Shown: positions 41,573 through 51,603, counted from the stretch's first letter. The stretch: DNA of 64,000 bases from Candidatus Latescibacterota bacterium (GCA_963667175.2 CAXXXF010000016.1:434256-498255), one strand, 5' to 3'. The notes: generated by a model not told the origin, from the letters alone. A program made the numbers and translations.

Positions 41573-41732
41573 CAGTCCACTGAAAAAGTCGCTCCGCAGG
41601 CGAGGCCGAGGCATTGTGGCCGAAGACAAGGCGCGCGACCGACGCGAATCCCTGGATTCGGGGAGGGAGCGCAACGCCGTAGTTCGGCCACAAGGGCCGG
41701 ACGCAGCCCGGATGGGCTTTTTCAACGGGCTG
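41573..41732. mobile_element. MITE-like repeat (~160 bp), full copy
   Basis: Imperfect terminal inverted repeats CAGTCCACTGAAAAAGTC / GGCTTTTTCAACGGGCTG; right half recurs at 45888-45977 (inverted) and 60006-60084. Confidence 0.7.
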
Positions 41733-41771
41733 CTACGTTGGACCACGGGCGAAGGCGACGGGAAACCAACG

Positions 41772-42722
41772 ATGAGCGAATGCCGCACATTGAGGGAATC
41801 GATGAACGCGCGAGGGGTCTTCGTCTTTGTCATGACCCCGATGAAGACCACCCTGAACCGCCAGGGCGACTACCGGATCGATACGGCCGGATTGGAGAAA
41901 AACACGCGTTATTTCGCAGGGGTCAAGGGCCGGAAGACCCTGGTGATCTGCGGCGGTTCGGGGGAATTCTACGCCCTGTCGCCATCGGAAGTCAGAGACG
42001 TTGCCGCGGCGGCCGTTGCGGGCGCGGGGGGAAAGTGCGCAATCGTGTGCGGCATCGGCGGAAGCACCGGAACCGCCGTAAAGATGGCGGAAAACGCCCA
42101 GGAAGCGGGCTGCGACGCCCTGCTTGTGATGCCGCACGACCCGATCGTCGCTCGCGGAGAGGGGGCGATCTGGCGGCATCATTGCGCGATCGCGAAAGCC
42201 GCGCACGTCGGCATGATCCCCTTCCGGGCCCCGCGCCAACTCCTTTCAATCGATCTGGTAAAGCGGTTTTCCGGGATGGAACGGGTCGTGGCCATCAAGG
42301 AGGAGAGCAACGCGGTGGACTGGGTGCGTACCGGCTGCAGGGTTGTGGGCAACCGCGTACCCATCATCACCGGGGGCGGCGAGAATATGGCGCCCTATTA
42401 CTATCTCGCGGGCGCCAGGGGGTTCACGACGGGGATGGCCAACCTTACGCTGCCGACGTCCATCGCCTTGCACAACGCCTGCATTCGACGCCGCTGGAAC
42501 GCGGCGATGGAACTTTGCGACGTCTTCGAGCCGCTGACTCTTCTGAGGGGCGAACTCGGAACGCCCATGCTCAAGGCGGGGCTTGAAATGATGGGCCTGG
42601 CCGGCGGGCCGATGCGGGTCCCGCCGGAATCGCAATCGACGGGAACCCCGTCCGGCGGCGTGCTCACGGCAAAGGACCGCGCCAGGGTGCGACGCCTGCT
42701 AAAAAAAAAGGGAGTGCTGTAG
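41772..42722 (+). CDS. Dihydrodipicolinate synthase (DapA/NAL) family enzyme
   Basis: GGSGEFYALS, AGCDALLVMP, VVAIKEE (Schiff-base Lys), LKAGLEMMG. Confidence 0.85.
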   Translation: MSECRTLRESMNARGVFVFVMTPMKTTLNRQGDYRIDTAGLEKNTRYFAGVKGRKTLVICGGSGEFYALSPSEVRDVAAAAVAGAGGKCAIVCGIGGSTGTAVKMAENAQEAGCDALLVMPHDPIVARGEGAIWRHHCAIAKAAHVGMIPFRAPRQLLSIDLVKRFSGMERVVAIKEESNAVDWVRTGCRVVGNRVPIITGGGENMAPYYYLAGARGFTTGMANLTLPTSIALHNACIRRRWNAAMELCDVFEPLTLLRGELGTPMLKAGLEMMGLAGGPMRVPPESQSTGTPSGGVLTAKDRARVRRLLKKKGVL

Positions 42723-42801
42723 GCTGCACGCTCCAGCTCGACGCCCTCACGCCTCTGAGGGTCGAACGTCCCGCGATCCCGCGTCCGTCAACGGCCGGGA
42801 A

Positions 42802-44073
42802 TCAACCGGATCGCGGTCCGGACGTCGTCAGATTGCCTTCCCCGTCGAAGTTCATAGCTTCCGGTTCACCTGAGACCTCCACGTCGGGCAACGCCGAGAG
42901 TTCAGGCAGAAGGGACTCGGACGCCCGGAGGCGCTCCAGTTCCAGCGTCGAGCGTATCCGCATGACCCGCGCGTCCGGATTACCGCCGTTGCCGGACGCT
43001 CCAAGCGCGATCTCAATCGCCTCCCGGTCGGTTTCGCCCACGATGGGTATGTACGCGCGATTCAGGAACGTGCTGGTCATCGCGTTGGCATACGTCGCCT
43101 TGAAATCGATAGTGTCCACAAGCCGGCGCGTGGTCACGTCAGCCAGACCGATTCCATTGGCGTTGCCGTGCGTTTCGGGCGTCAGGTCCAGCACGACGAC
43201 CCGTCCGATACGCGGTGATTCCGGCTCCTCGATCCCAGCCAGCCATATCCGTCCGATGATGTTCGGGTCCATTCCCGTACCGCTGACGTTCTTGCCGATC
43301 CGGTCCACGATCAGGACGTCGATCCGTTCGACGGGCAGCCGCGGCATCAGTTGCCGGGCCTCATCCAGCAATTCCGGCTCGATCGCCTCCAGCTCGTCCG
43401 GCGCCACGGCAACCACTTTTGCGGTTTTCTCGTGGGCGTTTTCAAGGATCGCCACCCCCAGGGCAATGGGCGCCTCCCGAAGGATCACCCGTCCCCACGC
43501 CGGTATCACACGCGGAAGGCAGGCCGCGCCCATCGAATGCGCCAGCGTGGCGCCCCTGTGCGACCCCAGCCCGATCGTCATCATCTTCATCAATCCGCTT
43601 TCGAACGGGCCGCGAAACGACGTGTGCGGCTTGATCCGGTTCACCAGTACCACGGCGTCGGCCTCTTTCGCCAGCCGGTTCAGGACCACAGGAATGCCGT
43701 CATCCGTTTCCCCGACCTGTACCACGTCCATCGTGGCTTCGACGGGCGCTCCCATCGTGGATTCGTCGATGCCGTACGAGGCGAGGATCTCCTTCTGCCC
43801 GTCGGCCGTGGCCCCGCCGTGACTGCCCATCGACGCGAGAACGAACGGCATTCCCCCCAGTTCCCGGACGCAGTCCACGATGGCCCGGGTCAGCGGCGCG
43901 ATCCCGTGAATGCCGCGGCTGCCTGCGGTAATCGCGACCCGGTCGCCCGCGGAAATGCGTCCGCCCAGCGATGAGCTCATGACGCAACTTCGGGTCTGCG
44001 CGACGGGGTCCGGCAGGCTCACCGCGGCGAATCTCTGCCGCAATGGAAACATCCTGGGGAAATTCATTTCCAT
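42802..44073 (-). CDS. Lactate racemase (LarA)-domain/DUF362-like protein
   Basis: VAITAGSRGI, MGSHGGAT, NRIKPHT.F, ESGLMKM, GKNVSGTGMDPNIIGR, HGNANGIG. Confidence 0.8.
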   Translation of the reverse strand: MEMNFPRMFPLRQRFAAVSLPDPVAQTRSCVMSSSLGGRISAGDRVAITAGSRGIHGIAPLTRAIVDCVRELGGMPFVLASMGSHGGATADGQKEILASYGIDESTMGAPVEATMDVVQVGETDDGIPVVLNRLAKEADAVVLVNRIKPHTSFRGPFESGLMKMMTIGLGSHRGATLAHSMGAACLPRVIPAWGRVILREAPIALGVAILENAHEKTAKVVAVAPDELEAIEPELLDEARQLMPRLPVERIDVLIVDRIGKNVSGTGMDPNIIGRIWLAGIEEPESPRIGRVVVLDLTPETHGNANGIGLADVTTRRLVDTIDFKATYANAMTSTFLNRAYIPIVGETDREAIEIALGASGNGGNPDARVMRIRSTLELERLRASESLLPELSALPDVEVSGEPEAMNFDGEGNLTTSGPRSG

Positions 44074-44148
44074 CCTTCTCAGTCAGGTCAGGGCTTCGAA
44101 TGGCAGATCCGGGCGGGTCACAATCAGTCGGCGAGGAACCGGGGCCGC

Positions 44149-44997
44149 CTACGATATCCGGAACACCTCTGCCGCGTTTTTCGCCGTGATGCGTTCAATG
44201 GCATCCGTTGAGAGATCGGCTTCCCGTAGATAATGCAGCATCGGCGGCGTGCCCACGATCGAACACGCCGGCGACGGCCGCGTGTGGATGGTGTCCGTGG
44301 CGAACATCAACCGATGCTTCCATCGCTTCAGAAATTTCAGCCCGAATGCCGGGTCCCGTGTGATGGCGTTGAAGCCCGATTGCGCCGAGAGGTCCGCATA
44401 CAGATTCGCGTAATCCCGAAACAGTGACTCCAGACGCCCGCCGGGCGTCACCGGCCCCTCCGGATAGCGCTCGCCCTGTCCGATCTCCGCGGAGATCTCC
44501 CGCCAGAAATATTGCGCGTGGCCCACCCACTTCACGTTCCCGTAGGTCTTCAGCATCCGCTCAAAACCGGGCAATCCGGGTTCGTCTCGGTTGATCCAGT
44601 GGTCGATGTGCATCACGATTGCCAGACCCAGCCGGTCGCACGCCTCGTACACGCGCTGCTGCATCGGGTCGTCCACCGGCAGGCCGCACAGATTCTCGCC
44701 GTATCCCACGCAACCCTGGTCCATGTAGTGTTCGAGGATCGGGTACGGATTGAAACTCCCCGGGGACCGGTGTCTCGGATCCACGGCGCACAACGGAAGC
44801 AGCCGGTCCCGGTGCGGCCGGGTCAGCTTCAGCAACTCCTTCGTCGTGAGGTAGAAGTCAAGCTCTTCCGGCACTTCCACCGCCATCACAATCCCCTTTT
44901 CTATCCCGTGGCGGTCCATCCAGCGCAGAAGCTTCCCCGGGGTCAGGCCGGGGTCTTCCAGAACGAGTTGTCCAAGATGCAAGTGCGTGTCGATCAT
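44149..44997 (-). CDS. Amidohydrolase family 2 protein (paralog B)
   Basis: MIDTHLH, AIVMH, GHAQ, LYADLSA, LMFATD, KNA. Confidence 0.88.
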   Translation of the reverse strand: MIDTHLHLGQLVLEDPGLTPGKLLRWMDRHGIEKGIVMAVEVPEELDFYLTTKELLKLTRPHRDRLLPLCAVDPRHRSPGSFNPYPILEHYMDQGCVGYGENLCGLPVDDPMQQRVYEACDRLGLAIVMHIDHWINRDEPGLPGFERMLKTYGNVKWVGHAQYFWREISAEIGQGERYPEGPVTPGGRLESLFRDYANLYADLSAQSGFNAITRDPAFGLKFLKRWKHRLMFATDTIHTRPSPACSIVGTPPMLHYLREADLSTDAIERITAKNAAEVFRIS

Positions 44998-45030
44998 TGT
45001 CTGTTCTCTCGTGTGCGCCGAAGGGCCCCT

Positions 45031-45852
45031 TCAGAGGCTGAACACCTTCTCGGCATTCTTCCGCGTGATGCGTTCAAACGCGTCTTTCGACAGCGGCGCG
45101 TTCTTGATGTACTCGACAATCGGGGTTTCCTGGCCCACCCTGAGATAGTCGGTGGCGAACATCAGCCGATGTTTCCATCGCTTCAGGAACTGCAGGCCGA
45201 ACACCGGGTCCCGCGTGATCGCCCCGTAACCGGACCCCGCGGAAAGGTCCGCGTACAGATTCCGGTACGTTCGAAACAGCGCGTCAACCCTGCCGCCCGG
45301 GGCCACTTTCCCACGGGGATAACCCACTCCCCCTTCCACGTTTCCCGATATCTCGCGCCAGAAATGGGGTGAATGCCCGATGAATTTCACGTTTCGGTAC
45401 GTCTTCAGCATGTTCTCAAACCCGGTGAGGCCGGGTTTGTCCCGGTTGATCCAGGCATCGAAATGCATGACGATGGCGATATTCAGCCGGTCGCACGCCT
45501 CGTAGACCCGCTGCTGCATCGGATCGTCCACCGGCAATCCGCACAGATTCTCCCCGTATCCGACGCAACCCTGGTCGATGTAACCGGCAATGATGGGATA
45601 GGGCTCGAACCGCCCCGGATACCGGTGACGGGGATCCACGGCGCAAAGCGGCTTCAGCCGGTCGCGATGCCGGCGCGTCATTCTGAGCAGTTCCTTCGTG
45701 GTCACGAAGAAGTCCAGTTCCTCCGGCGTCTCCACCGCCATCACCACCGCTTTTTCGATGCCCTGCCGGTCCATCCATCGGAGCAGTTTGGTGGGCGTCA
45801 ATCCCGGGTTGTCGAACAGGAGTTGCCCAAGGTGTACGTGTGTGTCGATCAT
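45031..45852 (-). CDS. Amidohydrolase family 2 protein (paralog A)
   Basis: MIDTHVH, AIVMH, GHSP, LYADLSAGSG, LMFATD; tandem paralog of 44149-44997. Confidence 0.88.
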   Translation of the reverse strand: MIDTHVHLGQLLFDNPGLTPTKLLRWMDRQGIEKAVVMAVETPEELDFFVTTKELLRMTRRHRDRLKPLCAVDPRHRYPGRFEPYPIIAGYIDQGCVGYGENLCGLPVDDPMQQRVYEACDRLNIAIVMHFDAWINRDKPGLTGFENMLKTYRNVKFIGHSPHFWREISGNVEGGVGYPRGKVAPGGRVDALFRTYRNLYADLSAGSGYGAITRDPVFGLQFLKRWKHRLMFATDYLRVGQETPIVEYIKNAPLSKDAFERITRKNAEKVFSL

Positions 45853-45887
45853 TTCCGTTGCCCCATCTGAAAACGTCTGACCCGTAA

Positions 45888-45977
45888 CAGCCCGTTGAAA
45901 AAGTCCATCCGGGCTACCTGCCTGTGCGTTCGCACGCAGACAGGCGTCCGGCCCTTGTGACCGAAATACGGCGTTGC
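45888..45977 (-). repeat. Partial MITE copy carrying a 28-nt palindromic insertion (45917-45944)
   Basis: Reverse complement matches the right half of 41573-41732 except for CCTGCCTGTGCGTTCGCACGCAGACAGG. Confidence 0.8.
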
Positions 45978-45993
45978 AGGATCCGCCACCGGC

Positions 45994-47142
45994 TCACCCG
46001 TCTTTCGGACCCTTTCGAAGTGTGTCCATGATGAGCAGAGCAATCGACTGCACGGTCTCGTCGAGGTCCGAATTCTCGAATGCCGGCACGCCGGATCCGT
46101 CGCCAACGTCCAGAATGTGCTGTTGGATTTTCATGATCTGGTCCAGGTATTTGACGTACCGGTGCCGCGTGCGACGGACGGCGCCCTTTCCCCGACTCTC
46201 AAACCGATCTGTAAATTGTTGCAAATCAGTTAGATATAGATTGACATGAATGAAAAGCGCCTTTTGGGCGTATTCTTCCAGTTCGAGCAGGCCGGGCATC
46301 AGATGAACGCCGTCCACGATCAGGCTGGCATTTTCGTCGATCGCCCGTTCGATGGTCGCCCGCACCCCCACGCAGACGCGGGCCGCCTGCTCGCGAAAGC
46401 CGTAGATGACCGGATCGGGCGCCTCGACGGTGGGTACGGGAATCGCCTCCCACGCCGCGTATGACGACACCTGCAGCGCGGGCATGAGATCGGACGCGAT
46501 CATCAATCGCATCACATGTCGGATCTCGTCGGTCGACGCCACCCGCGACACCCGCAGCAGATTGGCCAGCGCCACGCCGACCGTTGTCTTGCCGACGCCC
46601 GTCGCGCCGCCGATCAGGACGATCAGGGGCGTCGTTGACCCGCCCTTGCGAAACTGGTTCCAGATGCCGTACCGCTCCGCAAACGCGTCACCGGAATCGC
46701 TTCGGAGCATCTTCAGCGTCGCTTTCAGAATGTCGTCGCGGGTAACCACCGTCCTGTCGTTCTGGATGAAGTCGCCCTCGATTCGCTCGGCGATCCGGTA
46801 GGCCTGGCTTTCGTCCACGCCGGTGATGGCAAGGGAGTCGGAGAGATGGTCTTTCGAGAACGGCCGGGTGCCCAGATCGTCCTCGACCAGGATCTGCCGC
46901 GACCGCGGCGCCCAGAAAACGCCGTCTCCCACGGTACGGTCGGCGAAAAGTTCGCGCGCGTGGGTATGGACCAGATCGATCATCTTGCCGGCGGGCACCT
47001 TTTTCTGCTTCTGAATGGAACTCCTGACCCGGTCTGCGACCTGGTACGCCTCTCTGAACGAGAACCCCTGCTCCAGCAGATAGTGCGTGAGCATTCCTCT
47101 CAGAAACGGAATGCGCCGCCCGCTATCCACGATGATGGCCAC
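45994..47142 (-). CDS. 2-phosphoglycerate kinase-like protein (ATP-cone repeats + P-loop)
   Basis: PFLRGML and PFSKDHL ATP-cone starts; LIGGATGVGKTT, STDEIRHVMR, LQVSSY, IVDGVHL; GTG start inferred. Confidence 0.8.
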   Translation of the reverse strand: MAIIVDSGRRIPFLRGMLTHYLLEQGFSFREAYQVADRVRSSIQKQKKVPAGKMIDLVHTHARELFADRTVGDGVFWAPRSRQILVEDDLGTRPFSKDHLSDSLAITGVDESQAYRIAERIEGDFIQNDRTVVTRDDILKATLKMLRSDSGDAFAERYGIWNQFRKGGSTTPLIVLIGGATGVGKTTVGVALANLLRVSRVASTDEIRHVMRLMIASDLMPALQVSSYAAWEAIPVPTVEAPDPVIYGFREQAARVCVGVRATIERAIDENASLIVDGVHLMPGLLELEEYAQKALFIHVNLYLTDLQQFTDRFESRGKGAVRRTRHRYVKYLDQIMKIQQHILDVGDGSGVPAFENSDLDETVQSIALLIMDTLRKGPKDG

Positions 47143-47327
47143 GGTTGCCCCCCGAGACAACGCGGTGAAAACCCGCGTTCTGACTGAAATAAGACAGCGC
47201 CGCCGCGAAGAACGGCTCTGCTGGAATTTGGCCGGCCGGCCGGCGGATGTCAACCGAAAACGCACGCGACCGACGTTGGACGTCGCCCTCTCGAACGCTC
47301 GAGCGGCAGGTCCGTTTACAGGAATGA

Positions 47328-48467
47328 TCACCCCTTGAACGGGAGGAGATCCAGCGGATACTCAGACAGGGTTTCAACCCCTGCAGGCGTGATTGCGAAC
47401 GTGTTTTCGAGGCGGATTCCAGCGCGCAGGTCGTCGCTGTACGCCCCGGGTTCGCATGAAAAAACGTCTCCGACTTCAAAGACCGCGTCCCGGTCCCGAT
47501 TGACGTCCGGCGCCTCGTGGGGCCGCAGCCCCACGCCGTGGCCGCCGTGGTGGATCAATCCCGAGTCGGCCAGGTGCGGGTGTTCGCGAATGCGCGCGTC
47601 GATGGTCTTCCATAGTGCCGTCGCGCTTTGCCCCGGCCACACCAGGCCCGGAACGTCGTTCAGAATTCCCGCGAGGTGCTCGTAGACCGACGTCTGCAGG
47701 TCCGTTGGCTCCCCACCCACGGCAAAGGTGCGCGCGAGGTCCGACCAGTACCCTCGATAGGTGGACTGCGCGTCGATAATGTAGAGTTCGCCCGCCTCTA
47801 TCTTTCGATCTCTTGCCGTCCCGCCGATGACGCCCGCCTGATAGTCGCCCCCGTGGTACACCACCTCCCCCGCTGCGCCCATGGCCGCCTGCTGCGCTTC
47901 GGCCAGTACGTCCAGCTCATTCACGCCCGGTTCTATCACCTGTTGCGCTCGAGTGTATGCCGCCAGATCGACCCGGATGCTTTTTCGCAGCAGCGCCAGT
48001 TCGTCGGCATCCTTCCGTTTGTGCATTTCCGCGAGCAGGTCGTCGACGGGCGCCCAGGCATCCGGCGAGAGCCGGGCATCCACCGTTTCCGCCAGCAGCC
48101 GTTCCAGGCCCTCCTCCTGCCAGCCCACGCGGGAGACCGGCTTCACGCCGCTCAGTTTCGCCGCCACCGTCCTGTTGAGCAGCCGGAGCGGGTCGGGATT
48201 CATGGTACTCATCACGTGCCATTCGTACGTGACCCGATCGTCCACCAGCGCGTCGCCATCTTCCGTGTGCGCCGCCAGCCACGAACCGCCATGGGTCTCG
48301 AAGAACATAAACGCCGGGAAGGAAAACGCCGGGAATGCCGACAACAGCAGGCCCGTCAGATAATAGATTTCTATGGGATCGCTAAGCACGACCGCGTCGA
48401 TTCCCTCCGCATCGAGCTTCGCGCGCAGCCTGTGCTGCCGGTCCCCGCAGCCTTCGGGTGTCAACAT
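47328..48467 (-). CDS. Xaa-Pro peptidase (M24B family)
   Basis: YYLTG, KDADEL, IDAQS...YWSDLART, HHGGHGVGLRPHE, EPG, GIRLEN; start MLTPEG after AGGAG. Confidence 0.9.
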   Translation of the reverse strand: MLTPEGCGDRQHRLRAKLDAEGIDAVVLSDPIEIYYLTGLLLSAFPAFSFPAFMFFETHGGSWLAAHTEDGDALVDDRVTYEWHVMSTMNPDPLRLLNRTVAAKLSGVKPVSRVGWQEEGLERLLAETVDARLSPDAWAPVDDLLAEMHKRKDADELALLRKSIRVDLAAYTRAQQVIEPGVNELDVLAEAQQAAMGAAGEVVYHGGDYQAGVIGGTARDRKIEAGELYIIDAQSTYRGYWSDLARTFAVGGEPTDLQTSVYEHLAGILNDVPGLVWPGQSATALWKTIDARIREHPHLADSGLIHHGGHGVGLRPHEAPDVNRDRDAVFEVGDVFSCEPGAYSDDLRAGIRLENTFAITPAGVETLSEYPLDLLPFKG

Positions 48468-48526
48468 CGAAAAGACTCCTTTCACGAGCCGGACGGTTTC
48501 TCTGTTCAGAAAACGGATTCCGTCGT

Positions 48527-48556
48527 ATGATAACAGCGACGGAGGCGGGCAGTCAA
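48527..48556 (-). promoter_or_regulatory. Putative promoter for the M24 peptidase
   Basis: Minus strand TTGACT, 18-nt spacer, extended -10 TGtTATCAT. Confidence 0.45.
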
Positions 48557-48611
48557 GCGAATTGGCGGCCACATAAACAAAAATCGGGTACGATCCACTG
48601 AAAGGAACGCT

Positions 48612-49646
48612 ATGGCATCTTTTCGTGCCGGTGTGGTCGGCGCGGGGAGCATTTCCCGGAGACACATCAGCGCATGGCAGGCCCATCCCCACGTCGACCT
48701 GACCTGCATCGCGGACATCAGCGAGGAGGCCGGGAACAACCGCGCGGATGAATACGGCATCCGAAGCCGGTATACCAGCTACCTGGAGTTGCTCAACGAG
48801 GAACGCCCCGATATCGTCAGTATCTGCACGTGGATGAATGCCCACGCCGAGATCGCCGTTGCCGCGGCGGAGGCCGGCGTTGCCGGCATCCTGTGTGAAA
48901 AACCGCTGGCCGGCAGCCTGGAGGAGGTGGACCTCATCCTCAACGCCGCCAGTCGGCACGGAACGCGCGTCGCCGTGGGGCACCACCACCGCTTTCGCGG
49001 CGCGTGCGAGAAGGGCCAGGACCTGGTGTCGGGAGGCGCGATCGGTCAGCCCGTGCTCTTTTTCGGCAGCACAACCGGCGGCCTGCTCAACAACGGCGCC
49101 CACTTCGTCGACGTCGCGCGTTTTCTGATGGACGATCCGGCGCCCGCGTGGGTGATCGGGCAGGCGGTACGACACACCGACCGGCACGAGCGTCACGACC
49201 CTATCGAAGACCTCTGCGCGGGGATCGTCGCGCTCGAAAACGGCGCCCGCGTCGTGATCGACAGCGATATGCCCGAACCCGCGCCGCGGGACGGCGCGAT
49301 GACGCTTCATGGAACGGAGGGCGCCCTCGTCGTCACCTCCAGGGGCGCACGGCTGCTCGACGGAAACGGATGGCATGAGGTCGACGCCGCCCAGGACGCC
49401 GACGTCGGCGTCGCGCAGGCCGCGGAACTCGTGGACTGGATGGAAGGCCGGGTGAAGGAGCATCGCAACGCCATCCGGAAGAACCGCACGGTGATTGAAA
49501 TTCTGATGGGCCTCTACGAATCCGCCCGCATCCGCGACACGGTCGCCTTTCCCCTCGGTTCGGGGCCCTCGCCCCTGCGCCGTATGATCGAGAGCGGCGA
49601 CCTGCCCGTTACGATTCCGGGGAAGTATGATATCCGGATCAGGTAA
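48612..49646 (+). CDS. Gfo/Idh/MocA family oxidoreductase
   Basis: GVVGAGSIS Rossmann motif, PDIVSICT, ILCEKPLA, HHHRF. Confidence 0.92.
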   Translation: MASFRAGVVGAGSISRRHISAWQAHPHVDLTCIADISEEAGNNRADEYGIRSRYTSYLELLNEERPDIVSICTWMNAHAEIAVAAAEAGVAGILCEKPLAGSLEEVDLILNAASRHGTRVAVGHHHRFRGACEKGQDLVSGGAIGQPVLFFGSTTGGLLNNGAHFVDVARFLMDDPAPAWVIGQAVRHTDRHERHDPIEDLCAGIVALENGARVVIDSDMPEPAPRDGAMTLHGTEGALVVTSRGARLLDGNGWHEVDAAQDADVGVAQAAELVDWMEGRVKEHRNAIRKNRTVIEILMGLYESARIRDTVAFPLGSGPSPLRRMIESGDLPVTIPGKYDIRIR

Positions 49647-49876
49647 AAACCGGATCAGGATTGAACAGGATGAGGGACCGATTGAACAGAATTACACCAA
49701 ATTCGAAAAAAGAAAACCACAAAATCGGCCACAAAAAGCACAAAAGGCACAAAGGGACGTTGGCTCCATTCACCGCCAGTGACCTGAAGGCACATGGAAG
49801 TCCGACGTCAAATCGCCTTTATTCACTTGCATAACTTCGAATTAACGTCCCGGAAAAACGACGAATCGAGATTAAC

Positions 49877-50401
49877 ATGAGACGATATCTGATTCTGGTT
49901 GTTGCACTTGCAGCGATTGCTCCGGAGGTTTGGGCGGAGACGGAAAACCTTTCCAGGACAAAGGGTTCGATCGAGGAGTTCGAACTCTACACAAAATGCC
50001 TTGGTGTGATTCTCGTGGTTGAGCGCCTGTCCGACGACGCAAGAAAAATCGGACTCGTACGGGAGGAGATTGTCTCTGCCGTGGAGTCCAGGTTGCGCGC
50101 CGCCGGCCTGTATCAATCCGGTTATTTCGGGTTCCCCGAGGGGTCCGTCGTTTTCTTCCCGCACCTTTACGTGGATGTCAATGTGAAGGGAAACGCGTTC
50201 AGCGTTCTCATTGAATTGAAAAAGTGGGTCAACGAACCCCTTTCCGGTCAGCTGAACTTCGCGCGAACATGGCGGAGAGGGACGCTCGGGACCCTTGGGT
50301 CGGGAAGCCCCTCCTTCATGTCTGCCGTGCGCAGCCTGACGGATGAGTTTGTCGACGAGTGGAACAAGGTGAACAAGCCGCACGGGAAGTGCGTTGAGTA
50401 A
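49877..50401 (+). CDS. Hypothetical exported protein
   Basis: Signal-peptide-like MRRYLILVVALAAIAPEVWA; VESRLRAAGL, DEFVDEW. Confidence 0.7.
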   Translation: MRRYLILVVALAAIAPEVWAETENLSRTKGSIEEFELYTKCLGVILVVERLSDDARKIGLVREEIVSAVESRLRAAGLYQSGYFGFPEGSVVFFPHLYVDVNVKGNAFSVLIELKKWVNEPLSGQLNFARTWRRGTLGTLGSGSPSFMSAVRSLTDEFVDEWNKVNKPHGKCVE

Positions 50402-50460
50402 GGCTGTCCGCCATACAGGGGCAATTCCGGTGTCATTATTGAAACAGGAGGATTGAATAT

Positions 50461-51603
50461 ATGATGAGTTTCCGATTTTTCTACATCGCCTGTCTCCTCT
50501 CCCTGCTGCTCTCCTGCTCCAAGTCCCAGGACCCGATCTCCAACGATACGATAAGAATCGGACTCCTGGTTTCCGGCGATCGTTCCTCGTATGCAGACGC
50601 GGCCCAGTTGGCCGTAGACGAGATCAACGCCAACGGCGGTCTGCTCGACAGAACCGTCGAACTGGTAACACGAATCAATATCGAGGAGGCGTCCGCGGCG
50701 GTCCAGGGCGCTCAACAGATGATTCAGGATGATGGGGTCTTCGCGATCCTCGGCCCCAACCGCTCAACCCACGCGGTCCAGGTGGGACCGGTTGCTCAGC
50801 GGGCGCAGATTCCTATGATCACGACCACGGCCACGAACCCGAACGTGACGCGGGCGGGCGACTTCGTATTCATGGCAGCTTTTACTGATCAATTTCAGGG
50901 GTCGGTTCTCGCCCGTTTTGCGTGGGAAGATCTGGGTAAGTCCGTGGCCGCGGTCCTGACTCTGACGGGTGACGTTTATACTGAAGGGATTTCAATGTTC
51001 TTTGTTTCCCATTTCACGGAGCCAGGCGGGACGGTCGTCGCAAACGAGGTGTATACTGCCGGCGATACCACCTATACAGAACAGCTTGGGCGGATCTCCC
51101 AGGCCGAACCGGACGTGTTCTTTATTTCGGGATTGGTTTCGGAGTTGACCCACGTGGTACGGGAAACGAGAACTGCTCCCGTACTGAACGCCCAGGGCGC
51201 ACCCGTGACCCTCCTGGGCGCTGACGCTTGGGACAATCCTCTATTCTTGAGTGAAGCAACAGCAGAGGTGGAAGGGAGTTACTTTAGCGGACACTTTTCC
51301 GCGGAGTCAACGGAACCGGGTGCGAGGATGTTTGTGGAGGCGTACGCGGCCGCAACCCAACGCACCCCAAGCGGTGGGGATGCGGTCAGCTATGACGCTC
51401 TTCGGCTGCTCTCTGAGGCGGTAGAACGGGCTGGAAGTTTTGAGGGAGCGGCAATCCGTGACCAGCTGGCGGCAACGCGAGATTACCGGGGAGCGACTCA
51501 GATCGCGCGGTATGATGAAAACCGGCATCCGACCAAGAGTGCGGTGATATTGACGATCCGGGATGGGGAGAGAAGGTTCTTCAAGGAGGTTGGGGCGGAA
51601 TGA
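50461..51603 (+). CDS. Branched-chain-amino-acid-type (LivK-like) substrate-binding lipoprotein
   Basis: Lipobox LLSC, AQLAVDEINANGGLL, AILGP, ATNPNVT, YDAL. Confidence 0.88.
   Translation: MMSFRFFYIACLLSLLLSCSKSQDPISNDTIRIGLLVSGDRSSYADAAQLAVDEINANGGLLDRTVELVTRINIEEASAAVQGAQQMIQDDGVFAILGPNRSTHAVQVGPVAQRAQIPMITTTATNPNVTRAGDFVFMAAFTDQFQGSVLARFAWEDLGKSVAAVLTLTGDVYTEGISMFFVSHFTEPGGTVVANEVYTAGDTTYTEQLGRISQAEPDVFFISGLVSELTHVVRETRTAPVLNAQGAPVTLLGADAWDNPLFLSEATAEVEGSYFSGHFSAESTEPGARMFVEAYAAATQRTPSGGDAVSYDALRLLSEAVERAGSFEGAAIRDQLAATRDYRGATQIARYDENRHPTKSAVILTIRDGERRFFKEVGAE

Noticed and set aside
49650-49756. CRISPR array
   Set aside because: Units are 6-10 nt without regular unique spacers; no cas genes and no array seen anywhere in the window
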